DNA of 64,000 nucleotides from a bacterium (GTDB lineage: Bacteria > Sysuimicrobiota > Sysuimicrobiia > Sysuimicrobiales > Kaftiobacteriaceae), in the NCBI GenBank assembly GCA_036505015.1, contig DASXUC010000053.1, positions 38,232 through 102,231 of the forward strand, given 5' to 3'. The notes beneath the pieces are model-generated. The model had not been told where the DNA came from and did no database searches. It saw nothing but the letters and a program-made list of their open reading frames with translations. How positions within the stretch are numbered: position 1 is the stretch's first letter; the number at the start of each line of letters is the position of its first letter. Positions 1 through 9,828 of the stretch are shown here, in pieces. The position numbers and the translations under genes are program-made.

Positions 1-1255
1 CCTCATCCGTATTCCGAGCTATACACTGCAGGAGGGGCAGCTGGCGGAGTTCATACGAGCGTTCCTGAGTTCTGCGGGAATAGACGCCGAACTGCAAGAC
101 GTCCCCATACCCGAGTTCATCCAGTCTCACAATTTTCCCCCAAGGCTGACGACTCACCCCGGCGAGGCCCCCGCCGTGGGGCACAACGTGGTGGCAGTGC
201 TGCCTGGCAGTGGACAAGGACCGAGCCTGATGTTCTGCGGTCATATGGACAGTACTGGAAATACGATCGATGCCAACGGCCGCGTCGCTGAGGATTTCAC
301 AGGGTGGAAACGTGACCCCCATAGGCCCGTCGTCGAAGATGGCCGCATCTACGGCAAGGGAGCCGTCGATGAAAAGGGCGGTTTGAGTGCTATGCTTTCG
401 ACCGCGGTGGCGATCAAGAGGGCTGGCTTACGACCGAAGGGCGACATCTATTTCTGCCCCGTGATGGGCCATAAGACGCTCAACATAGGGGTCAAGCATT
501 TGATGAAGCAGGGCATTCGCACGACCTATGGCATTTGTACTGAAAATGCCGGCAACTGGATCGTTCCCGCGCATGTCGGATCAGTGCGGGCGGAGGTACA
601 CGTACATGGCGTGAATCCTACTTCGATGCGCTACACACTCCCGGAGACAAAAGACAAAGCGTCGGGATTTGCGAACGCGATGCGGTTTGTTCAGACCTTA
701 GGCATGGAAGGCGTTCGACACCCCGACGACGGATGGCTGACCTTCAAGCGCCACCCTGTTCTTCAAGAGTATCCAAATCACCGCGTGAACTATATGAATC
801 CCAAGGGATTGAAACACATAGTGGTTGGCCTGTTGATCAAAACCGTGCCCGGCATGACGCCAGAGACGTGCAAGGTAGACTTGGAACGCCTGCTCGATCG
901 TTTGAAGGAGCAACATCCTGATTTTGTCGCTAGCGAAGTGGCGGTCCAACAAGGTGTTCCTCCACTGGACACTCCATTCACGTCCCCCGTGGTGAAAGCG
1001 CTTGCTGCCGCCTACTCGACCGTGACGGGCGACGAAGCGCGGATTGGTCTCGAGGGCCGCGTCGGTTCCTTCGCAGATAGCGGCGTCATGGCAGAAGCCG
1101 GCATTGAGACCTGTATTTTTGGCCCTGGGTATTTGCATGGTGCCGGGGTGGCGCCGCTCCGCGGGGAAGCGCCGCCGGATGAGTGGATCTCGGTCGCGGA
1201 GCTAGTCGATGCAGCTCGCACCATGACTCTGGCAGCGGTGGATCTCTCCTGCTGA
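1..1255 (+). CDS. M20 family metallopeptidase/deacylase (ArgE/DapE/CPG2-like); 5' end cut by window edge
   Basis: Frame is open from nt 2 (LIRIPSYTLQEGQLAEF...), so the GTG at 176 in the ORF track is internal. M20 metal-ligand motifs FCGHMDSTG and GKGAVDEKGG are present. Stop at 1253-1255. Confidence 0.85.
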   Translation, partial: LIRIPSYTLQEGQLAEFIRAFLSSAGIDAELQDVPIPEFIQSHNFPPRLTTHPGEAPAVGHNVVAVLPGSGQGPSLMFCGHMDSTGNTIDANGRVAEDFTGWKRDPHRPVVEDGRIYGKGAVDEKGGLSAMLSTAVAIKRAGLRPKGDIYFCPVMGHKTLNIGVKHLMKQGIRTTYGICTENAGNWIVPAHVGSVRAEVHVHGVNPTSMRYTLPETKDKASGFANAMRFVQTLGMEGVRHPDDGWLTFKRHPVLQEYPNHRVNYMNPKGLKHIVVGLLIKTVPGMTPETCKVDLERLLDRLKEQHPDFVASEVAVQQGVPPLDTPFTSPVVKALAAAYSTVTGDEARIGLEGRVGSFADSGVMAEAGIETCIFGPGYLHGAGVAPLRGEAPPDEWISVAELVDAARTMTLAAVDLSC

Positions 1256-1293
1256 GCGGCCGCGAGAATGAGCAAATCAAGGAAGCGGCGTTC

Positions 1294-2364
1294 ATGAAGC
1301 AATCGATTTACGAGCTGCTTCGCGAGCTGACAGCTCTTGATGGAGTGTCGGGGCAGGAGACGCAAGTCGTGCGTCGGCTGGCGGAGATCATCCGGCCGGG
1401 GGTCGATGAGGTCACGGTCGATCAAATGGGGAACCTGTACGCGTTCCGGCGGGGGCCGCGGCCCGGACCGACGCTAGCTCTCTTTGCCCACAGCGACGAG
1501 ATTGGCATGGTTGTCAAATCCATCGATCCGAATGGGTTCATTCGGTTTCACACCATCGGCGGCACGCCTCCCGCCGTGCTGCCCGCACGGACCGTGCGGA
1601 TCGCCGGGCGTCATCTGGGCGTCATCGGCATCAAGCCCGGTCATTATCAGACGGCTGAAGATGTCAGCCGGGTAAAGAGTGTGGCGGAGAGTTATGTTGA
1701 TGTTGGGGCGCGAAGCGCGGCCGAGGTCGACGCGATGGGAATCCGCGTGGGCGATCCGATCGTCTTGGTCGCCCCGCTGACGCGGCTTACCCATAACTCA
1801 GATCTCGTGTTCGGCAAGGGTGTCGATAATCGTATCGCGTGTGCGCTCCTGGCCCGTCTCTTTCTCGACGACATCAATGTTCCGGCTGGCGCCTGTGTCG
1901 GGGTGGTCACCGTCCAGGAAGAAGTCGGTCAGCGGGGAGCCCGCGTCGCCGCCCATCGGCTGCAGCCCAATCTGGCCATCGTCGTGGACACGATGCCCGC
2001 AGCCGGCACGCCGGACATGCGCCGTGATGTTGAGCTGGACGTTACCATGGGAAGTGGGCCGGTATTTCAGCTCATGACTCGAGGCTATCTGATGCCGCCC
2101 GGTGTGAGGAACTTCCTCACCCAGGTGGCCGAGGCGGAAGGCATCCCATACCAGACTTCCACCGCGAACACCAGCAACACCGATGCGGCGGTCATTCAGG
2201 TCGCTGACAAGGGGATCCACACAGGGATCATTGCATTGCCCCGGCGGTACTCCCACTCTCCGGTCGAGATGCTCGATCTGAACGACGCCGCGAACGCTCT
2301 GCGGTTGCTCAAAGCCATCGTTGGTCAGATTGAGGAACTGCCCGAGATGGGTCTGGTGGACTAA
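1294..2364 (+). CDS. M42 family aminopeptidase (FrvX/CelM/PepA-like)
   Basis: ATG at 1294 inside track ORF 1183..2364. Motifs LDGVSGQE, FAHSDEIG, KGVDNRIAC and VQEEVGQRGA are typical of M42 peptidases. Confidence 0.85.
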   Translation: MKQSIYELLRELTALDGVSGQETQVVRRLAEIIRPGVDEVTVDQMGNLYAFRRGPRPGPTLALFAHSDEIGMVVKSIDPNGFIRFHTIGGTPPAVLPARTVRIAGRHLGVIGIKPGHYQTAEDVSRVKSVAESYVDVGARSAAEVDAMGIRVGDPIVLVAPLTRLTHNSDLVFGKGVDNRIACALLARLFLDDINVPAGACVGVVTVQEEVGQRGARVAAHRLQPNLAIVVDTMPAAGTPDMRRDVELDVTMGSGPVFQLMTRGYLMPPGVRNFLTQVAEAEGIPYQTSTANTSNTDAAVIQVADKGIHTGIIALPRRYSHSPVEMLDLNDAANALRLLKAIVGQIEELPEMGLVD

Positions 2365-2388
2365 CACCACGCCCCAAGATCATAACTC

Positions 2389-3366
2389 ATGCTTTTGCCG
2401 AAAGTGCACATGATAGCGACGGGCGGGACAATTGCTGGAAAGTTGGGGCCATCAGGAGAGGTGACGCCTAGTCTAACCGCACGGGAACTGTTGAGCCGAG
2501 TCCCCGCGATAGACAACTACGCGTTGTTGTCATCTGAGGATTTTCTCCAAGTAAGTAGTAGAAATATTGGCTTTCGCGAGATGATGGCCTTGGCACGGCG
2601 AGTTGAGCAGGTCCTGTCCGATCGCGATGTTGGTGGAGTCGTGATCACCCATGGAACTGCCACGTTAGAGCACACCGCCTACTTCCTCGACATTGTGCTG
2701 GGCCATGACCGCCCGGTGGTGCTCACCGGAGCCATGCGAAACCCAACTCTCCCCAGTGACGACGGCCCACTGAACCTGCTCGATGCCATCCAAGTGGCCG
2801 CGTGCGATAGGTCGCGAGGACTTGGGGTCCTCGTTGTGATGCATGGGTTCGTCTACTCTGCACGGGATGTTACCAAGTGCCATTCCACGAACATTGGCGC
2901 TTTCCAGTCTCCGGAATTTGGCCCCCTCGGCGCCGTTGATGGGGACCACGTGTTCTATGCTCGGCGGCCATTTCTACGGTATCCTGCTGTGACGCCAAAG
3001 GAGATCACGGCAAGGGTTGAACGAATTCCCAACGTCCTTGCCGCGGCTGACTTGCCTACGGCTCTTGAAAAGGGGATAGACGGAGTCGTCGTCGAGGGAG
3101 TCGCGCTCGTTCAGCGGCATCCTGAACTATTCACCGGCGCGGTCGCTCAAGGCGTGGTGATAGTGGTGGCCAATCCCTTTCTTATGGGGCGGCTACCCCG
3201 CCGCATGACCTCCCGTGGCCAGGGTGGCGAATCTAACTTGATAGATGGCGGTATTGTGTGGGCGGAAACTTCTGCAGTAAGGGCATGGATCAAGTTATCG
3301 ATTGCCATGAGCGCTGGCCTAAGCAAGACTCAGATCCGTGAGTTGTTTCATTCGGAGCGGCAGTGA
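2389..3366 (+). CDS. L-asparaginase (type I-like)
   Basis: Thr-nucleophile motif IATGGTIAG near the N-terminus and second motif VITHGTATLEHT. Confidence 0.8.
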   Translation: MLLPKVHMIATGGTIAGKLGPSGEVTPSLTARELLSRVPAIDNYALLSSEDFLQVSSRNIGFREMMALARRVEQVLSDRDVGGVVITHGTATLEHTAYFLDIVLGHDRPVVLTGAMRNPTLPSDDGPLNLLDAIQVAACDRSRGLGVLVVMHGFVYSARDVTKCHSTNIGAFQSPEFGPLGAVDGDHVFYARRPFLRYPAVTPKEITARVERIPNVLAAADLPTALEKGIDGVVVEGVALVQRHPELFTGAVAQGVVIVVANPFLMGRLPRRMTSRGQGGESNLIDGGIVWAETSAVRAWIKLSIAMSAGLSKTQIRELFHSERQ

Positions 3367-3426
3367 CGTGTGCCCACGAGGCTTGGTTGAGCCTAGGGCA
3401 ATAGAAATTGCTCCGGGGGTCATGTT

Positions 3427-4611
3427 TTGCCGCTGAGTGACAACCTGAAGAGCGTCGTACTCAGGACGATCGACTCCATTTCAGAGGGACTGATTGACCT
3501 CGCCACGCACATTCACGAGCATCCAGAGATCGCCTTTCGGGAAGTTCAGGCTTCCCAATTGCTGGTTGAGACCCTGCGGCGGCACGGGTTTGCGACTGAA
3601 CTAGGTGTCACCGATTTGCCGACCGCGTTCCGTGCCGAGCTCAGCGGCCGGGCCGACGGCCCGACCGTCGCATTCCTCGCAGAGTACGATGGCTTGCCGG
3701 AGATCGGTCACGCCTGCGGCCACAACCTGATCTGTACGGCGGCGCTCGGCGCCGGGATTGGGTTGGCCTCGGTAATGAACGAACTTTCCGGGAAGGTTGT
3801 CATTCTCGGTACCCCCGCCGAAGAGCACGGAGGTGGGAAAGTGCTCATGCTGGAACGGGGCGCTTTTCGCGCCGTCGACGCTGCGATCATGTTTCACCCT
3901 GGAAATGCAACATTGCTCGCCACTGGATCGCTGGCGTCCTATAGGTTGAAGGTTGAGTTCCTCGGGAAAGCCGCCCATGCCGCGGCGGCGCCGTTTGAGG
4001 GCATCAATGCCTTGGACGCTCTCGTTCAGATGTTCGTGAACCTCGGTCTGCTCCGACAACAGCTACGCGACGACGCCCGAGTGCACGGTATCATCACCTA
4101 CGGCGGCGCGGCGCCGAACATCATTCCCGACCGTGCAGAGGCAACCTTCAGTATCCGGGCAACCGACCGTGAGTATGCGGCCGTTGTCCTGGAGAAGGTC
4201 ATCAAGTGTGGAAGAGCCGGCGCCGAAGCCACTGGGTGCGCATTCAAGTTCGAGAGTGCGAAAGGCTACGATGCCCTAAGATCTAACGGCCCCATGGCCG
4301 GTGCGTTTGGCCATCACCTGAACGACTTGGGCTGGACGGTCGATCCCATACCTGCGAAACCTCGCATGGGGTCGACCGACATGGGCGATGTCAGCCAAGC
4401 AGTGCCTGCGGTGCAGCCTTTTGTGAAAATTGCGGACAATGTCGCCTGGCACACGGTGGAGTTTCGCGAGGCGGCGCGCGCGGAGCAAGGCATGCGGGCT
4501 ATGCTCATCGCAGCAAAGGCGATGGCGCTGACGGGGTTTGACTACCTGACCGATCAGAATTTTCGGGAAGAAGTACAACTGGACTTTCAGGACAAGCGCG
4601 AAGAGCAGTGA
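3427..4611 (+). CDS. M20D-type amidohydrolase (aminoacylase/AbgB/HipO-like)
   Basis: Motifs IHEHPEIAFRE, GHACGHN and GTPAEEHGGGK. Non-ATG start as in the ORF track. Confidence 0.8.
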   Translation: MPLSDNLKSVVLRTIDSISEGLIDLATHIHEHPEIAFREVQASQLLVETLRRHGFATELGVTDLPTAFRAELSGRADGPTVAFLAEYDGLPEIGHACGHNLICTAALGAGIGLASVMNELSGKVVILGTPAEEHGGGKVLMLERGAFRAVDAAIMFHPGNATLLATGSLASYRLKVEFLGKAAHAAAAPFEGINALDALVQMFVNLGLLRQQLRDDARVHGIITYGGAAPNIIPDRAEATFSIRATDREYAAVVLEKVIKCGRAGAEATGCAFKFESAKGYDALRSNGPMAGAFGHHLNDLGWTVDPIPAKPRMGSTDMGDVSQAVPAVQPFVKIADNVAWHTVEFREAARAEQGMRAMLIAAKAMALTGFDYLTDQNFREEVQLDFQDKREEQ

Positions 4612-4678
4612 GCAGACCGTCACCGATTTCGGGGGACACCCGCCGTATTGCGTAGATCGCAGGCTGAGAGCGGGAGTC

Positions 4679-5223
4679 CTACTTCGTTAAGGCGTAACAG
4701 TAGCAGTCGCGGGGTTCGTCGCTGATGTTGGGATGCATGATCCAGCGGTGCAGGATGCCTTCGCGCCGCATGCCGATCTTCTCCAGCACGCGGGCCGAGC
4801 CGGTGTTCTCGACGTCGCACAACGCCCAGACGCGATAGATCGCCGGCTGGGCGATCGCCCAGCCGGTCATCGCCTCCACGGCTTCTGTCATCAGCCCGCG
4901 GCCCCACAATTCGCGCGCCAGCACGTATCCGATCTCGGCCTTGTGCCCCTGCATCCGCAGCTCAATCATGCCGACGGCGCCCCGGAGATTTCGGAGGGCG
5001 ATCACGTAGGGGAAGGCTTCACCGTTTCCCACGCGCGAATGCATCGGCGGATGAATGCCTCCGTTTGTGCAATCTCCGAGTGCAGTCGCCACATCAGGTA
5101 TCGCGTCACTTCTGGGTCTGGTGCATAGCGGTCGAAGATGGCGGGAGCATCGTCGAGCGTCGGACGTCGCAGCACGAGTCGGGTGGTCTGGATCTCTTCG
5201 GGTGGTCCCATGCCTTGACCCAC
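4679..5223 (-). pseudogene. RimJ/RimL-like GNAT N-acetyltransferase split by a 1-nt frameshift
   Basis: The N-terminal half (ORF 5002..5223: TTRLVLRRPTLDDAPAIFDRYAPDPEVTRYLMW) and the C-terminal half (ORF 4679..5092: GNGEAFPYVIALR...IGYVLARELWGRGLMTEAVEAM) lie in different frames. They join as RAWE|NGEAF if one base is added to the homopolymer run at 5025-5027 (TTT on the + strand). Confidence 0.7.
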
Positions 5224-5238
5224 GGAGGCTAAGGCCGC

Positions 5239-6630
5239 TCAGATGTAGCCATAACAGCGCTTGAGCTCATCGAAGCGGTAGTAGTGGCTGCCGGCGCGGA
5301 TGCTGCGGCACCCGGTCTTGAACAGCGTCTCGCGTTCGTTGTAGAGTATCTTGACGAGGTAGTCCCGGCCGCATTGGCATAGACGTCCCACTGGATGTTC
5401 ACCGCATAGGGCGTGACCAGCTCTCCCCGCCACGGGTTGGTGTCGTACGTGTACGTCTCGGCGACGGGCACCTGCTTGTCGCTGTATGGCAGTCGCATCA
5501 GCGCTGCGAGCGGGATGACAATCTCCGCATGGGCGAACCGGAGGTCGGCCAAGAGTGAGCTGTGGCCACTGCGGATTTCATCCACGGCGTTGAAGAAATC
5601 GTCCTGGAGCACCTTCGCCATCTTGAACGTAATGGTGGCGCCCGCGAAGCTCGGACCCTTGCCGTAGAAGTCTTAGGCGTCCTTGAGGTACGCGAACCAG
5701 CGCGCCGCCGGCACCGGAATGAAGAGATTGAACGTCCACCGCCCTTCTTCGCTGAGACCCGGGGCGATCGCGTAGAGGCTGTACAGCGAGGCCACGGCGT
5801 CGACGTCGTTGAAATCGACCGCGGCACCGGTGTCCGGGTCCGTGATGAAGTACCCGCCCGCGGCCAGCCCATCGACGAACGCCGACGTAAAGAGGCCCCT
5901 GAGCACCTCTCTGGCGTACCGGTGACTGGCGGGGCTGTAATAGATCCCATCGATCTTGGCCGCCAGCGTTGGGTCGTGGACGAGCCACTCCTGGTAGTCG
6001 GCGTTCTGCGGTGCCTTGTGGAAGTAGAGCAGATCTGTGTTGACCTCAGGCGGATCGATGAGCGGAACGAGCGCCGGCATGTGCGCGCCGAGCGAGGTGA
6101 CAAAGTTGTTCTGACTGTCGACCGCCCGATCTTTGCCGGAGCTCAGCACACGCACACGCCGTCCGGCCCGTGCGCCTTGTGCGAAGAACGCGGATAGCCG
6201 CTCGAGCAGGCGCGCGGCTAATTGGCGATGCTCTCGCACCCCGCGGCCGCTCAGGTTTCCGTAGCCAAGCTTGATGTTGACCCGCTCCAGGCTCACGACC
6301 TGGGGTTCAAGGAGACGGCCGAGGTCGGTGAGCGCCCCCGCGGCACGTGCGTGCGCGGTGAGCTGCTTGAGGTAGTCGATGTCGCGTCCCGACGTGAGCG
6401 CCCGTGAGCCGTGCCGCGCGACGAGCTGTGTGAAGACCGGAGCATACCCCGCCGGCGGGGGCTCATAGCTCTTGATGTTCTGCTGCGGCTCGTAGGGGGT
6501 ATTGGAGGCGAAGTAACCTTTCGAGGAGAAGGTGTCTGCCTGCCCGAGACACGCGCTGGTGAGGGCTAGGGTCAGCGCGATGGCCAGGAATCCGAGCTTC
6601 GACTGAGTGTCGCGACCTGCTCCGCATCAT
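5239..6630 (-). pseudogene. Histidine acid phosphatase (branch-2 histidine phosphatase, phytase/AppA-like) with at least three lesions
   Basis: Catalytic RHGSR is encoded on the complement of 6402-6416, with a signal/lipobox-like LGFLAIALTLALTSAC upstream. Three lesions are visible: (i) the only ATGs (6625-6630) are out of frame with the signal peptide; (ii) an in-frame TAA at 5673-5675 (WFAYLKDA*DFYGKG); (iii) a frameshift near 5365-5375 (WDVYANA|GRDYLVKILYNERE). Confidence 0.7.
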
Positions 6631-6665
6631 GGAGTCAATGGGAAGTCGGTTTCGGCAGCGGAATC

Positions 6666-7514
6666 ATGCTTCCTGGAGACTATATGAAGCCACACACGCG
6701 CTTCGCCGTTCCAAGCGACCTCACCACACTGGCGGCTCTGTGCCGTGCGGCCGTTGGCCCAGACGACTACGTGCTGGAATACCTTCCCGAGATGGTTGCC
6801 GACAAGGAAATTCTTGTCGCCGTGGCGAGCGGACACATCCGGGCCATGACCGGTCTGACCGAGTGCGCGGATGGCGCGCTGTGGATTGGGCAACTCCGTA
6901 CCCATCCCAGATGGCGCCGCCGCGGCCTGGCGCGGGCGCTGCTGGACCATGCGTATGCGCGTGTCATCCGCGAGCGGCGTCCGGCGCTGCGCCTGTGGAC
7001 GAGCCAGCACAACGTCGCCGCCCGGACTCTGTTCGAGTCGGATGGCTTCAGGCCCGTCGCGGTATTCAGCCGGATGCAGGCCAGAGGGCTTCCGAGTAGA
7101 ATCCGCCGGGGACCTGCGCTCAGCGTCCGCGGGATGAACAGCCTGCTGCGGCGATGGAAACGGTCACTATTCTCCAGACATGCGAAGGGCTATCTGGACT
7201 ACCGCTGGCGTTTCATACGCCTGAATGGGTCGGTGATCCGGACGCTCGTCAGGCGGGGGGAGCTCTTCGTGGGTTCACGAAACGCATTCCTGCTCTGGAA
7301 TGAGGAGGAAGTTCAGACGCACGCTCACGTCGTGGTGCTTACTGGAGGCAAGGCGACGCTGCGGATTGCTCGCCGCACTGCGGGCGCCAAAGGGCATTCA
7401 CTGGTCGAGGCGTTTCTGCCCAGAACGAAACGCTCGCTGGCCGTCGCACGTCAGGCGGGTTTCAGGATGGCGAGCTGGGGAACGCGGGCCATCCTCTTCG
7501 AGCGGCCGGCATGA
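6666..7514 (+). CDS. GNAT family N-acetyltransferase with ~140-aa C-terminal extension
   Basis: Acetyl-CoA binding-type motif QLRTHPRWRRRGLARALL. The stop overlaps the next start (ATGA at 7511-7514). Confidence 0.7.
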   Translation: MLPGDYMKPHTRFAVPSDLTTLAALCRAAVGPDDYVLEYLPEMVADKEILVAVASGHIRAMTGLTECADGALWIGQLRTHPRWRRRGLARALLDHAYARVIRERRPALRLWTSQHNVAARTLFESDGFRPVAVFSRMQARGLPSRIRRGPALSVRGMNSLLRRWKRSLFSRHAKGYLDYRWRFIRLNGSVIRTLVRRGELFVGSRNAFLLWNEEEVQTHAHVVVLTGGKATLRIARRTAGAKGHSLVEAFLPRTKRSLAVARQAGFRMASWGTRAILFERPA

Positions 7515-8242
7515 CACACGAAGAGCGGCTGGAGCTTGCCGGGCGCCTGCGTGACCTCATCCTCGAGCGGTACGCGGACGCAGTCATAGCGGTCTTCGTC
7601 ACAAGTTCGACGGCGCGCGGGCTCGATCTCGAATTCTCTGACCTGGAGTTGACGGCGGTCCATCGCGATGGTGCCGCCCCGCCGGACCGCTCCTACTACT
7701 ACCGCGGCATTCTGATTGAAGTGTCGCACGTTGAGGAGTCGAAGATCCTCGCCCCGCAGATGGAGGCGCGCTGGCCGGAGACGGCCGGCGGGTATCGGGG
7801 CCGCATCGTCCTCTATGAGCGTGACCGCTGGACCGAACGCCTGGACCAAGTCCTCGATGCGTTTGACGCGGTCGAGCGGACTCCGGCGCAACGGATGGCG
7901 CTGCTCGACATGCTGGAGTTCCGTGACAAGCTTCGCAACGCGCGCCTGACCGACGACGAAATTTTCTTTCGCGGGTGCGCCACCTACTTCGCCGACAGTG
8001 CCACCAACTTCGTGCTCTTCCTGAACGGCCGGCAGATGGTCACGACCCGCTGGTTCTTTCAGCAGGCACTGGAGTGCCCGGAGCAGCCGGCGCGGTTCCG
8101 CGAGCACCTCGAAGTACTGCTGGGTGTGCGGCGGGCTAACAGGGAGGAGATCTCTGCTGTTGCGGAGGGCCTGGCGAATGGCCTGATCACGATGGCGGCG
8201 GCGCACGGAATCGTCGCCGAGTCGGAAGAGCTGCTGGTGTGA
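7511..8242 (+). CDS. Kanamycin-nucleotidyltransferase-like (ANT(4')/KNTase family) nucleotidyltransferase
   Basis: The N-terminal pol-beta NTase core reads THEERLELAGRLRDLILERYADAVIAVFVTSSTARGLDLEFSDLELTAV. The usual hG[GS] is SS, followed by D-x-E. A helical C-terminal domain of KNTase-like length follows. Confidence 0.6.
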   Translation: MTHEERLELAGRLRDLILERYADAVIAVFVTSSTARGLDLEFSDLELTAVHRDGAAPPDRSYYYRGILIEVSHVEESKILAPQMEARWPETAGGYRGRIVLYERDRWTERLDQVLDAFDAVERTPAQRMALLDMLEFRDKLRNARLTDDEIFFRGCATYFADSATNFVLFLNGRQMVTTRWFFQQALECPEQPARFREHLEVLLGVRRANREEISAVAEGLANGLITMAAAHGIVAESEELLV

Positions 8243-8256
8243 GTGAACTGGCCTCC

Positions 8257-9195
8257 TCAGTCGCCGGCCAGGGCGGACACCTCGACGGCCTCGTCATCGG
8301 TCATCGTCCACGCCGCCGCCGCAACGTTGATTCCGACATGCTCGGGGGCGGTCACGCCGGTGATAATGGTCGCCACGGCCGGCTGCGCGAGCAGCCAGGC
8401 GATGGCCACGTCGGTGATGCTGTGCTCATACCGCCGCGCCCACTCTTCGAGCTTGCGGACGATGGCAAAGTTCCGGGGCGTAGCAATGGCCCGCGCAAAT
8501 CGCTCATTGTCATGGCCGCGCGTCCCTGCCGGCGCCGGTTCGCCCTCGCGGTATTTTCCCGTCAGCATCCCGCCGGCCAGCGGCGCATAGGGGATGATCC
8601 CAATTCCGAGCGCACGGCAGGCGGGGAGCAGCTCTCGCTCGATGTCTCGGAACAGCAGCGAATAGTGGGGCTGGATGGAGACCAGCGGCGCCCACCCGTG
8701 CCGGTCGGTCGTCCACTGCGCCCAGGTCATCTGCCAGGCCGCGAAGTTGCTGCATCCGACGTATCGCACCTTCCCGGCGCGGACGAGATCGTCCAGCGCT
8801 CGCATCGTTTCATCGATTGGCGTCTCCTGATCCCACCCATGGAGCTGCAGCAGGTCGATGTAGTCGGTGCGCAGCCGGACCAGGCTGGCGTCGACGGCCG
8901 GCAGGATATGCGCGCGGGACGATCCGCGGTCCAGTGGACCGGATCCCATCCGCCCGTGGACCTTCGTCGCGATGACGGCCTGCGCCCGCTTGCCCGCCAG
9001 GGCCGCACCGAGATAGGTCTCCGACAGCCCGCGGCTGTACACGTTGGCGGTATCGAAGAAGTTGACCCCAAGATCGAGCGCGGCCGCGACGATGCGCCCG
9101 GTGCCGGATGCATCCACCCGCGCGCCGAAGGTATTGCCTCCGAGGCCGAGCCGGGAGACCTTCAGCCCCGAGCTGCCGAGCCGGCGATATTCCAT
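8257..9195 (-). CDS. Aldo/keto reductase
   Basis: N-terminus MEYRRLGSSGLKVSRLGLGGNTFG, DTANVYS and the overall AKR pattern. Confidence 0.85.
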   Translation of the reverse strand: MEYRRLGSSGLKVSRLGLGGNTFGARVDASGTGRIVAAALDLGVNFFDTANVYSRGLSETYLGAALAGKRAQAVIATKVHGRMGSGPLDRGSSRAHILPAVDASLVRLRTDYIDLLQLHGWDQETPIDETMRALDDLVRAGKVRYVGCSNFAAWQMTWAQWTTDRHGWAPLVSIQPHYSLLFRDIERELLPACRALGIGIIPYAPLAGGMLTGKYREGEPAPAGTRGHDNERFARAIATPRNFAIVRKLEEWARRYEHSITDVAIAWLLAQPAVATIITGVTAPEHVGINVAAAAWTMTDDEAVEVSALAGD

Positions 9196-9315
9196 CTGCT
9201 GTCACCTGCTGTTCCGATTCCCTCCGACCGCGGGGGCAACCTGTCGCCGTCCCGGTAAACGTCCACCGCCCGCGCGCGGTCAGAGCAGTGACTACGCAGA
9301 AAGGGGTGGCACGCA

Positions 9316-9732
9316 GTGCAGAGATCGAAGAGGTTGCTCGCCGCAGGCCTGGCCGTGGCCGTTACCGCCGGGCTGCTGTTCGTCACCGCCGCGCTTGCTC
9401 AGCCGGCTCCGCCGAGTCCCCAGCAGCGCGGGCCGATGTGTCAGGGAGTGCTTCCCAGCCAGGCGGACCCGATCCTCGCCAAATATCGGGAGCGGGCACA
9501 AACGGCGCGCGACAATGTGATGAAGGAAGACCGGGCGTTGTTCGCGCTGCTGATCGCCGAGAATACGACGCGGGCGGCCGTGGATGCCCAGACCACCAAG
9601 GCCAACGATGCGCGCAGCGCGTTGGCCAGAGTGCGGCTGGACATGCTCTGGGATCTGCGGGCGGTCATTCCAGCCCAGAACCGTGAGCAGGTGTTTCGCT
9701 GCGCGGAGTTCACGCTGCTGCGGCGCCGGTAA
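9316..9732 (+). CDS. Periplasmic Spy/CpxP/ZraP-like (heavy-metal-sensor family) protein
   Basis: Signal peptide (LLAAGLAVAVTAGLLFVTAALAQP) and a helical body with an LTxxQ-like C-terminal element (VIPAQNREQVFR). GTG start. Confidence 0.5.
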   Translation: MQRSKRLLAAGLAVAVTAGLLFVTAALAQPAPPSPQQRGPMCQGVLPSQADPILAKYRERAQTARDNVMKEDRALFALLIAENTTRAAVDAQTTKANDARSALARVRLDMLWDLRAVIPAQNREQVFRCAEFTLLRRR

Positions 9733-9755
9733 GTCCCGAGGCTCAGCGGCACGCG

Positions 9756-9793
9756 AATCGGGCCGGGTGCACTCCGGCCCGATTGCTTTTTCT
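9756..9793 (+). terminator. Rho-independent terminator
   Basis: Perfect 11-bp stem AATCGGGCCGG / CCGGCCCGATT with a 7-nt loop, followed by GCTTTTTCT. Confidence 0.8.
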
Positions 9794-9828
9794 GGGGAAA
9801 AGAACATACGACGGAGGAGGCAGACACG

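Noticed and set aside
5673-5675. In-frame TAA in the histidine phosphatase as programmed recoding or read-through
   Set aside because: The same gene also has two frameshift-type lesions and no usable start. Plain pseudogenisation is the simpler explanation.
8239-9258. 339-aa plus-strand ORF
   Set aside because: It is antisense to the aldo/keto reductase gene, which has the canonical AKR N-terminus. The product is Arg/Gly/Pro-rich.
9307-9320. TGGCAC hexamer just before the CpxP-like gene as an eighth sigma-54 promoter
   Set aside because: The downstream element is TGCA only 4 nt after TGGCAC (GG to GC spacing about 8 rather than 10). It also overlaps the GTG start codon, leaving no room for a transcript leader.
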